NCBI GenBank assembly: GCA_016933275.1
Contig: JAFGBI010000098.1
Span: forward strand, 2,665-66,664
Source: Polyangiaceae bacterium
GTDB taxonomy: Bacteria > Myxococcota_A > Polyangia > Polyangiales > Polyangiaceae
Length of the DNA stretch: 64,000 bases
Reading direction: 5' to 3'
In this document: in pieces, positions 47,536-57,273 of the stretch
How the letters are laid out: the number at the start of each line of letters is the position of its first letter
How positions within the stretch are numbered: the first letter of the stretch is position 1
Translations under genes and position numbers: made by a program
The notes under the pieces: model-generated
What the model saw: the letters and a program-made list of their open reading frames with translations, nothing else
The model's database searches: none
What the model was told of the DNA's origin: nothing

Positions 47536-48816
47536 CTATCCCCGACGGTGGCAGTATCCACGGAGAGGGCTCGGTAGGTCCGCGGCCGTGGTCGCGCCGG
47601 TCGGCGGCGCGAGCGCGCTGTGGGTGTGCCAGAAGAGCACCGTGCGGTCCCGGAGGCTCGCTGCCCCACCGATGAGCGCAGCGAAGGCCTTGGCCGTGTA
47701 GGTCGAATCGAGGACCAAATCATGGGCGGCGGCGATCTCGAGCGCGGCCTCGCCAGCGCGCGTTGGCGTACCATAGCCAACGCCGAGGTAGCGGGGCTCG
47801 ATCCGAAGGCGTTCGCGTCGCGCCGCGTCCACCACCACCCCGCGCTCTCGGAGCCACGCCTCGGAAGCGGCGAGTTCGGCGCGGAACCGTGGCTCGGTCG
47901 AGGTGGGGACGTTCGATACGCGCACGGCGATGATCTCGCAATCGAGCTTGGTGAGCTTCAATCCGATGGTAAGCCCGATGGCCGTGCCCATGGTCCCCAT
48001 GGCGACGACGATGACGTCCGGTGGCGGGAGCAACCCAGCCGTGACTTGTGCCTCGAGCTCGAGGGCAGCGTCGACGTAGCCGAGGTTGCCGAGCGGGGAG
48101 GTGCCGCCGACGGGGACGGTGTAGGGTGGCGCGGGCCCCGAGAGGAGCCGCCGCGTAGCGGCGTCGACCCCGGTCGGTCCGCCGACGAGCTCGAGCGTTG
48201 CGCCATGATACCGATCGGCGAGGAGGTTCGTGCAGCCCTCGAGCGAGCGCACCCCGTGCATGAGGAGCAGCCGGCAACCGAGGCCGAGCCTCGAGGCGTA
48301 GATGGCGGTCGCGAGGGCGTGATGGGAGGCCATGGCCCCGGAAGTCACCACCGTTTGGTAGCCTTCGCTCAACGCCTCGCCCAGGAAGAACTCGAGCTTG
48401 CGGATCTTGCCGCCGCCATACGGCCTGGCGATCCGGTCGTCGTGCTTGACGTAGAGGTGCGGCACCCCGATCCGTGCGCCCAACGCCTCGTGCCGCAACG
48501 CCGGCGAAGGTCCGTCGCCGATCCGCACGGGGTGGACGGACGCCGCCAGCTCCGGGAACCGCGCGAGGACCGGGAAATCAACGTCCGCTGTGTCGCGCGC
48601 GGCGGCGGCCTCGGCCTTCGTGGCCGGGGACGGGGAGTCATCGATAGCCGGAGACGTCGAAGTGGGGGTGGGTAGGGGATTTCTCCCCGCCTGACGTGGC
48701 ATCGCGGTGACCGGTGCTCCGCGCCGAGCGGCGCAGCCATCCAGCAAGACGGCCACGCCCCCGGCAAAAAGGGTGCGGCGACCGAACCGGGGCCGGGGAG
48801 GGGAACGACGGTTCAC
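47536..48816 (-). CDS. PLP-dependent ACC deaminase / D-cysteine desulfhydrase-family enzyme with Tat-type lipoprotein signal
   Basis: GTG start. RRSPPRPRFGRRTLFAGGVAVLLDGC. HLYVKHDDRIARPYGGGKIRKLEFFL...TSGAMASHHA...PVGGTSPLG. Confidence 0.75.
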   Translation of the reverse strand: MNRRSPPRPRFGRRTLFAGGVAVLLDGCAARRGAPVTAMPRQAGRNPLPTPTSTSPAIDDSPSPATKAEAAAARDTADVDFPVLARFPELAASVHPVRIGDGPSPALRHEALGARIGVPHLYVKHDDRIARPYGGGKIRKLEFFLGEALSEGYQTVVTSGAMASHHALATAIYASRLGLGCRLLLMHGVRSLEGCTNLLADRYHGATLELVGGPTGVDAATRRLLSGPAPPYTVPVGGTSPLGNLGYVDAALELEAQVTAGLLPPPDVIVVAMGTMGTAIGLTIGLKLTKLDCEIIAVRVSNVPTSTEPRFRAELAASEAWLRERGVVVDAARRERLRIEPRYLGVGYGTPTRAGEAALEIAAAHDLVLDSTYTAKAFAALIGGAASLRDRTVLFWHTHSALAPPTGATTAADLPSPLRGYCHRRG

Positions 48817-49008
48817 TCTTCAAGTGTATCTGGGGCGAAAAACTCGTCGATTCCAACCCATCCTTCCGGCCCCGCTCCCCCGCCCGGCCCCCGAACCCGC
48901 GGCTCGCCTGGCGAGCCGCCGATCGAGAGTGGAGGCGGATCCCGTGTTCGTCGACCGCGCTCTACGAAACGCCTATGCTCCTTCGCCCCTCGTTGCGAGG
49001 TCACCGCC

Positions 49009-50070
49009 GTGTTCGCCCTTTCTCCGCTCCCGCGCACGCTCGACGCGGCGCTCCGTGACGCCCGGGCCACCAAGGTGGAGGTGCGCCGGTCGGCGTTGCG
49101 TGACCTTGTCCGGTATGCCGAGGGAACCGCGCGGGCGCGCGTCCTGGCCTGCCTCGTGGAAACCCTCGCTGGCGACCGGGACCCCGGCGTCCGCGCTGAA
49201 GCAGCGAGAGCCCTGGCTGACGCGAGCGCAGCCGAGGCGGTGGATGCGCTCCTTGCCGCCGCGCAGGACGAATCACTGTGGGTGCGTCAGCTCGCTTTGG
49301 TCGCCCTCGGCGAGGTGGCCGAAGGTTCGAGCCCCGCGGTTCGAGCGGCGCTCGAAGCTGCGCTCGCCCACGAGGCCCCCGCACTCCGCTATCAGGCCTT
49401 GATCGGTCTGGCGCGTCTCACGGCAGAGGACGTGACCGCGGCGCTCATGGCGGCGACCAGGGATCAGGACGCAGAGGTGCGCCATGTCGCGATCCGGCTG
49501 CTCGAGGAGCGCTGGGTTCCCGGTACCGCGGCGGACTCCGATCCAGTCCCTGGTGAGCTTCCCGCCGAGGTGGCGACCCGAATCCGAGCACTGCTCCGCG
49601 ACGACGTGCCCAAGGTGCGGCTCGCCGCTGCCATCCTCCTCGGGCGCCTGGGGAACGATGCTGGCCAGGATTGCCTGGTGGCCGCGATCGATGCGGCGTC
49701 CGGGACCTTCGACCCAGAGGACGAGCACGCCGCGGTCGAGCTGGCAGGTGCCCTGCGTCTCTTGGCTGCCCGCCGAGGTCTCTCGCGGCGCGCCTTCGGA
49801 TGGCTGGGGTTCAGCCTCGATCCGACCTCCTTCCCGGCGCGCGTGGCGCTGGCGCGCTGCGGAGAACCTCGGGCCAGAAACGCGATCCTCCGTGGACTCG
49901 CCGCGAGGTCACGGGACGCACGCACGGCCGCCGTGGTGGCCGCGGGACGCGCGCGGCTGGCGGCGGCGGGACCGCTCATCTCGGCGATGCAGGGCGATCC
50001 CACCCGTGCCGAGCCAGCGGTCGTCGCGGAGGCGCTGGCGCGACTACGTGCCGCAGGCGACGAGGCGTGA
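49009..50070 (+). CDS. HEAT-repeat protein
   Basis: Repeated D-x-(D/E)-x-x-VR-x-x-A-x-x-AL units (DRDPGVRAEAARALA, DESLWVRQLALVALG, DQDAEVRHVAIRLL). GTG start. Confidence 0.75.
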   Translation: MFALSPLPRTLDAALRDARATKVEVRRSALRDLVRYAEGTARARVLACLVETLAGDRDPGVRAEAARALADASAAEAVDALLAAAQDESLWVRQLALVALGEVAEGSSPAVRAALEAALAHEAPALRYQALIGLARLTAEDVTAALMAATRDQDAEVRHVAIRLLEERWVPGTAADSDPVPGELPAEVATRIRALLRDDVPKVRLAAAILLGRLGNDAGQDCLVAAIDAASGTFDPEDEHAAVELAGALRLLAARRGLSRRAFGWLGFSLDPTSFPARVALARCGEPRARNAILRGLAARSRDARTAAVVAAGRARLAAAGPLISAMQGDPTRAEPAVVAEALARLRAAGDEA

Positions 50071-50109
50071 ATGGGCGACCACGGGACGAGAGCCACGAGC
50101 GACCACGAT

Positions 50110-51402
50110 TCAGGGGCGCACAGGGTAGCTCACGCTGAACGAGGGCTTCGCGAATGGCGCGACCCGAGCGCTCTTGAAGGCGGCTTCGATACAACTCCCC
50201 GCCGGGGTTGCCGCGGCGGGACCGCTCACGGAGACGGTCGAGACGGTGCCGTCCGAACCGAACGTGATCACCGCGGTCGAAGGGTCCGTGTGACCCGCTA
50301 CGCAGAGCTTGGCGGCGCTCAGGGACGGAGCGAGAGCGGCAATGGCCTCACCCGTGGTAGGCGCGAGCGGCGTCGAGCGACCCTCGGCATGTTGGAGCCT
50401 GGTGTCGAACTCGTCTTCTTCGGTAGGGGCCACCCGAGCCTCCAATGAGGCGGGGGGACCGGCCGCTGCCCGCGCCGCTGCCATCGGTTTGCCCGTTCGG
50501 ATGGGAGCATCCTGGATGGTTTCGGTCGCGGCCGGAGGCAGATCATCCAGCTTTGCCACCAGCTCCTCTTCCCCTGCGGGCGCGGTCCTCAGGGCTGGTT
50601 GGGAAGCCACGGGTTTGGGGGCGGCAGTGGCGGGGTCGGCAGTGGCGGCCCCGGAAGCGGCAACGAGCACGGCGGTCGTCGCGACCGGGGGATGCTGCAC
50701 ACGTTGGTGGAGCAAGAGAACCGCTGCTGCCGTGGCAAGGAGCCCCACCGCGGTCCCGCCCACCAACCGGAGGCTCCATCCACGCCGCCGTTGCGGGATT
50801 GGGGTGACCTGACTTGGTCGCTCGCCCCCTCGGGCCTCGGCCGTTCGGGCGATGGTGTCCGCGATCTCGCCCCGCGAGCGGGCACGCGCCACGTGATCGA
50901 GGCTCTGCTTGGCGACCAAGATCCGTCGCTCTCGATCGGACTCGGCGACCTTCGACCGAGCGAGCTCGGCCAGGCTGAGGTCGGGGCTCGAGGGGCGTCG
51001 TGCAGCGGTTGCCAGGAGGCGAGGTGAGGAGCGCCGGTCCTCCACCCCGTCCCGCCCGGTGGTCTTGGCTGCGCCGTTGCTTGGTTCCACCGGGTCGTGG
51101 TGTTCCGGGTTTCGGGCCCCAGCCGCGGCCCGGGGACCGGACCAGTCAACGGGTTCCTTTGGCTCACGGGGCAGGGGAGGAGCGAGGAGCGCATCATCAT
51201 CGAGGTGAGCGTCACGGACCCGCACCAGGTCATTCGCGGCCTGCTCGACGTCGGCGGGGGACGGGGCGCGGGTGCCGCCCAGACGAGAGAGGACACATCG
51301 TGCCGATCTGTCCCACTCCTCGTCTGTCCGATCAGCCACCGGCCAGGCCGCGAGCAGTGCCTCGAAGGGGGCAGGGAGCTGGTCGGGCTCGTGCTCCGTC
51401 AT
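50110..51402 (-). CDS. anti-sigma-factor-like membrane protein
   Basis: ATGA overlap with the ECF sigma gene. Single TM helix (LRLVGGTAVGLLATAAAVLLL). Pro/Ala-rich linker and a small C-terminal beta domain. Confidence 0.65.
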   Translation of the reverse strand: MTEHEPDQLPAPFEALLAAWPVADRTDEEWDRSARCVLSRLGGTRAPSPADVEQAANDLVRVRDAHLDDDALLAPPLPREPKEPVDWSGPRAAAGARNPEHHDPVEPSNGAAKTTGRDGVEDRRSSPRLLATAARRPSSPDLSLAELARSKVAESDRERRILVAKQSLDHVARARSRGEIADTIARTAEARGGERPSQVTPIPQRRRGWSLRLVGGTAVGLLATAAAVLLLHQRVQHPPVATTAVLVAASGAATADPATAAPKPVASQPALRTAPAGEEELVAKLDDLPPAATETIQDAPIRTGKPMAAARAAAGPPASLEARVAPTEEDEFDTRLQHAEGRSTPLAPTTGEAIAALAPSLSAAKLCVAGHTDPSTAVITFGSDGTVSTVSVSGPAAATPAGSCIEAAFKSARVAPFAKPSFSVSYPVRP

Positions 51403-51992
51403 GATGCCTCTCCCGATCCCTCAGCGTACCCGCGTCGCTCGAGCGACGCACGGAGCTTCTTCCGGGCCTCGTGGACACGCCAGGCGATGGTCCCCTCAGG
51501 TGCGCCCAGGATTTCTGCCGCCTCGGCGTGGCTCAGACCATCGATGCACACCAGGACGAGGGTCGTGCGTAGGGTCTCGCTGAGCTCATCGAGGGCGCCG
51601 TCGAGCGCGATGGCAAGCTCCCGGTCAGCGCTTCGTGCGGCTGGGTCGGCATGGGACGGCCGGCGCTCCACCAGCTCTCCCGCCACCGACGGATCCTCGG
51701 GGGTCGTCGCCCGGCGCTGCGGCTTGCGGGCGCGGATGGTGTTGAGCGAGAGGTTCACGGCGATGCGGTACATCCAGGTGAAGGGTTCGCTTCGCCCATC
51801 GAATCGTTCGAGGGCGCCGTATGCCCGGACGAAGGTTTCCTGCGTCACGTCCTCGGCTTCCGCTGCGTTGCGCAACATGTGAACGGCGAGCCTGAAGAGC
51901 CGCCGCTGGTGGCGTCTAACGAGAGTGGAGAACGCCTCGACGTCGCCCGTTCGGGCGGCTTCCACCAGCTCGCGGTCGCTCCGGTTCGCCAT
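51399..51992 (-). CDS. ECF (sigma-70 family group IV) RNA polymerase sigma factor
   Basis: LVRRHQRRLFRLAVHMLRNAAEAEDVTQETFVRAY (region 2) and LSHAEAAEILGAPEGTIAWRVHEARKKL (region 4). Confidence 0.9.
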   Translation of the reverse strand: MANRSDRELVEAARTGDVEAFSTLVRRHQRRLFRLAVHMLRNAAEAEDVTQETFVRAYGALERFDGRSEPFTWMYRIAVNLSLNTIRARKPQRRATTPEDPSVAGELVERRPSHADPAARSADRELAIALDGALDELSETLRTTLVLVCIDGLSHAEAAEILGAPEGTIAWRVHEARKKLRASLERRGYAEGSGEAS

Positions 51993-52207
51993 CCAGGTTC
52001 GCGCGAGACGTCCCGGCCGGGGACTGCCGAGGCCGGTCGCGATGAGTCACGATAGTTCAACACACCAGGGTCCGACAACGCGGACCCTGTCTCCCTTGGG
52101 CCCGACCCACCCAACGACCCGGGCGCCGGGAGGAACCATCCAAGATAATCAAACAATTACGAAAACATACGAACGAAGCGAGCCTGGGCGCTGCTACCCC
52201 GATCGGC

Positions 52208-54046
52208 TCACTCTTCGGGCTTGCTCTGGCCGAACCTCTTGGCCAAAAGGTCGCCCAGCGTCCCGAAGCTCGACTCGGCCTTGAGCTTCTTTCGGTATTC
52301 GGCGTGGGCGCGCCGCTCCTCATCCTCCCTCAAGCCGCGGACGCTGAGCTTGGGCTCTCCGCGCCGCGGATCGAGGTCAAGCACCTTCACCTCGATCACC
52401 TCTCCCTGCTTGAAATGCTTGCGGAGGTCGGTCCCCCGCGGGGTGCCCGTCTGTCCGGCGGGGAGGAATCCGCGGGCACCGCGGCCCGTCAGGCCGAGCA
52501 CGCGGCAAACGACACCCGAGCTCTCGACCTTGACCACCTCGGCGCGCACGTTGGCGCCGCGCACCACGCGTTGCGGGTCCTCCCCGCGCCGCTCCGGCGG
52601 AGGAGCAAGGTGTAGCGACATCTTCTTCGCTCGCTGATCGAAGTGGTGGATGAACACCTCGATCTCCTGGCCCTCCTTCAGCACCTCGTTCGGATGCTCG
52701 ATGCGATCGAAGGCGAGATCGGCGACGTGCAACAGGCCCTCGAGACCTTCCTCGATCTCGACGAACGCGCCGAATGATTCGAGGCGGGTCACCTTGCCCT
52801 TGATGGCTTCGCCTTGCGGGTACTTCTGACGCGCATCCGCCCAGGGATCCTCGACCAGGGCCTTCCGGCTGAGCCAGATCTTCCCCTTGTCGTCGATCTT
52901 GGTGATCTTCACCTCGACCTCGGCCCCGGGCTTGAAAAGCTCGAGGAGATCGGGCCTCGGATCGTGACTCGCCTCCGAGACATGGACGAGCCCCTCCAGG
53001 TTCTCGGCCTCGGGCAGCGCGACGAAAGCACCCCACTCGACGACGGTGCGGACCACGCCCTTCATCACCTGACCTTCGGTGAGCTGGGTGAGCGCGATCT
53101 TGCGCCGTTCGTGCGCCTCGGCTTCCAGCATCGGTCGCCGCGTGACGACGACGTCGCGTCCGTGGCTCTTGTACTGGAGCACCTTGAACTCGAGCCGCAG
53201 GCCCACGAGGCCCTGGAAATTCGCCTGGGCCGGATGAAGATCCATCCCGGATGCCGGTGCGAACGCGCGGACACCGCCGATGTCGACCTCAACTCCACCC
53301 TTCACAGCACCGATCACCAGTCCCGAGACGAACGTGCCTTCCTGCTCGGCCTTCTCGAGGCGGGGCTTGGTCTCCTCTTCGCGCAACGGCTTACGGGTCA
53401 GCACCACCAGCCCAGCGCGGGCTCCGTCGTTGTGCACCCGAGCCACGAAGCGGTCGCCGACGCTTGGAACGAGATCGTCCGGGTCCATCTCCGAGCGATC
53501 GAAGATCGCGAGCGCCTTGCCGGAGAGATCGATCATCACGGCTTCGTCGAGGACCGCGGTGACCTTTCCGAACACCTCCTCTCCCACGTGGAAGGGCGCT
53601 CGCTCGGTCGACGGCCGCACGGATCGGTGCGCACCCTCATGGCCCTCGGGCGGGATGGTCTTCTTCTTGCGGCGCTTGCGCTTGCGCTTGGGGCGTGTTC
53701 CGTCGGGCGCGGTCTCCGCAGAACCGTCCCCTCTGGCCTCGGCGCTCGCGCTCTCTTCGCCCTCCTCCTCTTCCTCGCCGTCGTCGCCCTCCTCGGCGCC
53801 GGCTCCCGGAGCGACGCTCGGCGCGGCGTTGCTCGCGTCGGAGGGCGTCGCCTCGACGAGGGTGCTGGTCGGTTCGCCTGCGTCGGTGGCGGACGCGGCC
53901 GTTTCGGCGGGGTTGGGTTCCGGGGTGACGACGTCTCGCGGCACGAGCTCGAGCGGTTCCCCGGCGTCCGACGACGGGGTGGCCCCAAGGGGATTGGGCT
54001 CGGCTGCAGCCGGAGGCGGGGTGGGTGTCTGGTTCTCGGAGGACAT
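52208..54046 (-). CDS. multi-S1-domain RNA-binding protein (ribosomal protein S1-like) with acidic/basic disordered N-terminal extension
   Basis: At least five S1 repeats (GEEVFGKVTAV.., GTFVSGLVIGAVKGG.., GQVMKGVVRTVVEWGAFV.., GEAIKGKVTRLESFGAFV.., GANVRAEVVKVESSG..). N-terminal 150 aa are low complexity with KRKRKRRKKK. Confidence 0.8.
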   Translation of the reverse strand: MSSENQTPTPPPAAAEPNPLGATPSSDAGEPLELVPRDVVTPEPNPAETAASATDAGEPTSTLVEATPSDASNAAPSVAPGAGAEEGDDGEEEEEGEESASAEARGDGSAETAPDGTRPKRKRKRRKKKTIPPEGHEGAHRSVRPSTERAPFHVGEEVFGKVTAVLDEAVMIDLSGKALAIFDRSEMDPDDLVPSVGDRFVARVHNDGARAGLVVLTRKPLREEETKPRLEKAEQEGTFVSGLVIGAVKGGVEVDIGGVRAFAPASGMDLHPAQANFQGLVGLRLEFKVLQYKSHGRDVVVTRRPMLEAEAHERRKIALTQLTEGQVMKGVVRTVVEWGAFVALPEAENLEGLVHVSEASHDPRPDLLELFKPGAEVEVKITKIDDKGKIWLSRKALVEDPWADARQKYPQGEAIKGKVTRLESFGAFVEIEEGLEGLLHVADLAFDRIEHPNEVLKEGQEIEVFIHHFDQRAKKMSLHLAPPPERRGEDPQRVVRGANVRAEVVKVESSGVVCRVLGLTGRGARGFLPAGQTGTPRGTDLRKHFKQGEVIEVKVLDLDPRRGEPKLSVRGLREDEERRAHAEYRKKLKAESSFGTLGDLLAKRFGQSKPEE

Positions 54047-54231
54047 GGCGGTCCGTGGCGGGGCCCCGTGAGCCGGGTCCCACTACACGCCTCGGTGCAG
54101 TGGGGAGCGAGTGGGGACCCCGCCTATATCGCGGCTGGTGGCGCCTGCCAATCGACGCTTTGTGGCGGGCGTACGGCTCACCAGACCAGGTTCTCTGCGG
54201 GGTCCGGGCTTCTTCCTGCGAAAGGCCGGCG

Positions 54232-55116
54232 CTAGCGCGCGATCGGGAGGTGACGCTGCGTGCCTCCACTGCGGTCGATCGAGAGCCCTCCGGCGGCCGC
54301 GTTCGCCGCCGCAACCCGCTCCACGAGCGCCCGCGTGACGGACGCCAGCGCCCGCGCGCTCGCTGCGTCCGGCCGTGCGTCCACCACCGGGTGGCCCGCG
54401 TCGCCGCACTCGCGCAGCGCGAGGTCGAGCGGTATCTGTCCCAGCAGCGGTGCCCCCGCGAGGTCCGCGACCTTCTGACCCCCGCCGCGGCCGAAGAGCT
54501 CGTAACGCGCGCCGTGGTCGCACACGAAGTAGCTCTGGTTCTCGACCACACCGAGGATCGGGATCCCGACCTTCTGGCTCATGGTCACGGCCTTGTACAC
54601 GTCCTGGATCGCGACCTCTTGCGGCGTCGTCACGATCACCGCCCCCGTGCTCTGGAGGTTCTGCGAGAGCGTGAGGGCGACGTCGCCGGTCCCGGGTGGA
54701 AGATCGAGGAGCAAGATATCGAGCTCGCCCCAGTCTACGTCGCGCAGAAACTGAAGCAAAGCGCTGTGCAGCATGGGTCCGCGCCACACGACCGCGGTCT
54801 TGTCGTCCTCCAGCAGAAAGCCGATGCTCATGAGCTTCGTCCCGTGGCGCTCGAGGGGGAGGATCCTCTCTCCGTCGCCCAAGGGTCTTTCGCAAATCCC
54901 GAACATGGTCGGCACGCTCGGGCCGTAGATGTCCGCGTCGAGCAGGCCGACGCGCGCCCCCAGGCGGCGCAGCTCGACCGCGAGGTTTGCCGCCACGGTG
55001 CTCTTGCCCACGCCGCCCTTGCCGCTCATCACGAGCACGACGTTCTTCACCCCGGGCAGGGGGTCGTCGTCGGCGATGACCCGGGAAGGGATCGAGAAGC
55101 GGGGGTCGTTCGTCAT
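54232..55116 (-). CDS. Mrp/NBP35/ParA-type P-loop ATPase (second Cys of the usual CXXC replaced)
   Basis: VLVMSGKGGVGKSTVAANLA deviant Walker A and LLLDLPPGTGD. The segment YFVCDHGARYELFG sits where the family normally has C-x-x-C. Start set to ATG 55116; the track start at 55272 runs into repeat A. Confidence 0.8.
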   Translation of the reverse strand: MTNDPRFSIPSRVIADDDPLPGVKNVVLVMSGKGGVGKSTVAANLAVELRRLGARVGLLDADIYGPSVPTMFGICERPLGDGERILPLERHGTKLMSIGFLLEDDKTAVVWRGPMLHSALLQFLRDVDWGELDILLLDLPPGTGDVALTLSQNLQSTGAVIVTTPQEVAIQDVYKAVTMSQKVGIPILGVVENQSYFVCDHGARYELFGRGGGQKVADLAGAPLLGQIPLDLALRECGDAGHPVVDARPDAASARALASVTRALVERVAAANAAAGGLSIDRSGGTQRHLPIAR

Positions 55117-55204
55117 GGGGCGTCCACTAGGACCCCGGCCCAGGGTTGTCAACGACACGGGCCCGGTGGTCTCCTGGCGGTGCGATCTCGACGGGCTCCG
55201 GCAA

Positions 55205-55356
55205 TGCCTTGGCGGTGTGATCGTGACCGGATCTCGCAAGAACTCTTGTAATGTTCTCGTGGCCATCAGCAATCAGGCGTCAGCAACCGCGCTCTCCGCG
55301 CCCCCGCTGACCGGTGACCGCTGATGGCCCGTTTGGTTCCGGCTCCGCCGGGTTGG
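55205..55356 (-). repeat. repeat module A, copy 2
   Basis: Reverse complement aligns with the module A consensus (CCAACCCGGCGGAGCCGGAACCAAAC...GCTGACGCCTGATTGCTGATGGCCACGAGAACATT...GATCCGGTCACGATCACACCGCCAAGG). Confidence 0.85.
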
Positions 55357-55459
55357 GCTGGTTGGCTGCCGCGTATCCGTTCACGGAGTGCTGACCTGGA
55401 ACGACCGGCCGAGATCCGCTCCGCTGGCGGGGCCCCGCGCTCCGGGACCCAACGCGGGC

Positions 55460-55505
55460 CTAGAGCAGCAATCAGGTTGATTGCTGCGTCAAATCAACAA
55501 CCTAG
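55460..55505 (+). repeat. repeat module C, copy 2, bounded by CTAG on both sides
   Basis: CTAGAGCAGCAATCAGGTTGATTGCTGCGTCAAATCAACAACCTAG. Contains the hairpin GCAGCAATC/GATTGCTGC. Confidence 0.8.
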
Positions 55506-55572
55506 AGCACCGAACCGGCAGCAGATCTTGCCCGAGGCGCCGTTGCTGTGGGCAATCTGGTCGGTGCTCTCG
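55502..55572. repeat. repeat module B, copy 2 (centre-deleted, 71 nt)
   Basis: CTAGAGCACCGAACCGGCAGCAGATCTTGCCCGAGGC..GCCGTTGCTGTGGGCAATCTGGTCGGTGCTCTCG. The right-hand CTAG has mutated to CTCG. Confidence 0.8.
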
Positions 55573-55772
55573 GCGCGTTGGGGAGAGCGTGGGGGTTGCT
55601 CCTGCGCTCCCGGGACCCGTGGCGACTAGCCAGCGAAGCAGCCTTCGGCCGGGGCGGCTGGGACGTGAACGCATACGCTACCGCGAGTTTCCAGGGGAAT
55701 TCGACGCCTCAGAGACGACACGGCGCGCCCCACCCCGGGACGCGCCGTCGTTCGGTTGCCGCGCGAGACGGT

Positions 55773-56981
55773 CTAGCCCGAGGCGGCCTCGCCGCTCACG
55801 GAGGCGCTGGCCGACACAGAGACGCTGACCGAAGCCGAGGCCTCGACGGCTGCCGTAACGCGAGCCGCGAAGCTCTGCGCATAGGACGCGCCGCACTGCA
55901 CGCTCCCGCCGATCTCGCCCGCGACGTTCCCGGCGGCGTTGGCCACGTTGGCTGCGGCCGTTGCCACGAGCTCGGCCTGCGCGGCGACCTGGAACACGGC
56001 GGGCAGGTTCGCCTCGAGGGTCGCGGTCAACTCCGCATTGCCTTGCGCTACCACCAGGACCTGGGGCTCGGTGCAGGTCGCGTTGAACTGCGCCTGGCCC
56101 TCGCATCCCGCCTGGCAATCCGCGTCCACGTTGCACTCCGGGGGTTCGAGAGTGGCCTCGCATTTTGGTGCCTCGTAGGCGACCGAGCAACCACCCTTGC
56201 AGGATGCCTCGCCTTCGCACTCGACCTCGGCTTCGGCCTCGAGCTGACAGGAACCCGTGCAGGTGCCCGTGCAGGTGCCGCCGCACTGGCCGGAGCAGGT
56301 CCCCTCGCAGGCCCCCTCGCAGCTCCCGTCGGCGTTCTCCGCGGAGCAGGTTCCCTCGCAGTTCCCCTTGCAGGTTCCCTCGCAGGTCCCCGTGCACTCG
56401 GCAGCGCAGCTCCCTTGGCAGTTCGCGGCCGCGGAAGCGGACCCCTCACAGGTCAGGGTGCCCGTGCACTCTCCAGAGCAGGTCCCGCTGATCTCGCCCG
56501 GGTCGCAACGGGCCTCGACGGTGCCGCCGCTGCACTGGGCCTCGACGTTGCACTCCGCCTCGCAGTTGAACTGTGCGGAAGCGTTCACCTCGCACCGCGG
56601 AGGAACGTACTCGACGGTGAGGCTCGCGGACAGCGCTGCCTTGGCCTCGCCAATAGCGCTCGCCGCGAGGTTGCACGCGCCGGTGACCGCGTCGTCGTCG
56701 ACGTCCGTTGCGTTGGGGTCCGGGGCGTCCGGGGCGTCGAGGTCCCTCGCGATGCTGGCGCAAGCCACGTAGAGCTTGCCCCTCATCTCGCCCGAAACCG
56801 TGACCAACGCGGTCACCGAGTCCTGGAAGGCCTCCACCTTGGCCTCGATGGCGGCCTCGCAGCCTCCGCCCACATTGTCGAGGCCCTCTCCGGTGTCTTC
56901 GCAACCTCCGACGAGCGGGGCGGTGAGTGCTGCCGCGAACAGGGGTCCAACCACGCGCCCAATACCACGGAACTTCGTCAT
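55773..56981 (-). CDS. lipoprotein with helical N- and C-terminal regions and a central block of C-x-G-x-C / CEGTC repeats
   Basis: MTKFRGIGRVVGPLFAAALTAPLVGGC lipobox. Centre: GTCSGECTGTLTCEGSASAAANCQGSCAAECTGTCEGTCKGNCEGTCSAENADGSCEGACEGTCSGQCGGTCTGTCTGSC. Confidence 0.8.
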   Translation of the reverse strand: MTKFRGIGRVVGPLFAAALTAPLVGGCEDTGEGLDNVGGGCEAAIEAKVEAFQDSVTALVTVSGEMRGKLYVACASIARDLDAPDAPDPNATDVDDDAVTGACNLAASAIGEAKAALSASLTVEYVPPRCEVNASAQFNCEAECNVEAQCSGGTVEARCDPGEISGTCSGECTGTLTCEGSASAAANCQGSCAAECTGTCEGTCKGNCEGTCSAENADGSCEGACEGTCSGQCGGTCTGTCTGSCQLEAEAEVECEGEASCKGGCSVAYEAPKCEATLEPPECNVDADCQAGCEGQAQFNATCTEPQVLVVAQGNAELTATLEANLPAVFQVAAQAELVATAAANVANAAGNVAGEIGGSVQCGASYAQSFAARVTAAVEASASVSVSVSASASVSGEAASG

Positions 56982-57273
56982 GTAAGTGCTCCTTCTTCTC
57001 CCCACGTCTTGGGTTTGCCCGAGCCTAGGTCCGGACCCGGTGTTCGACGAGCCCCGCGGCTCCTCCATGCAAGCGGGTGTCGCGGTGCGGGGCGAAGCCT
57101 AGGCGCATTCGCGAGGAGTTACCAGAGTTTGGTGCCGTGGCGACGGAAAGGCTCGAGGTCGGTCTTCTGGCCGAAGGACTCGGAGCCCTCGACCCGGTGG
57201 GTTGGCCACGACCGTGGGCGGGGGTGACGGGTAGGGGGGCCGGTCGGCGTTGCCCGACCGGCAGCCGTGGCGC

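Noticed and set aside
51993-52207. ECF-type autoregulated promoter (GGAAC-N16-CGTC) upstream of the sigma factor gene.
   Set aside because: Only loose partial matches (TGAAC..., CGTCT 13 nt from the ATG) were found, with wrong spacing. This is not enough to call.
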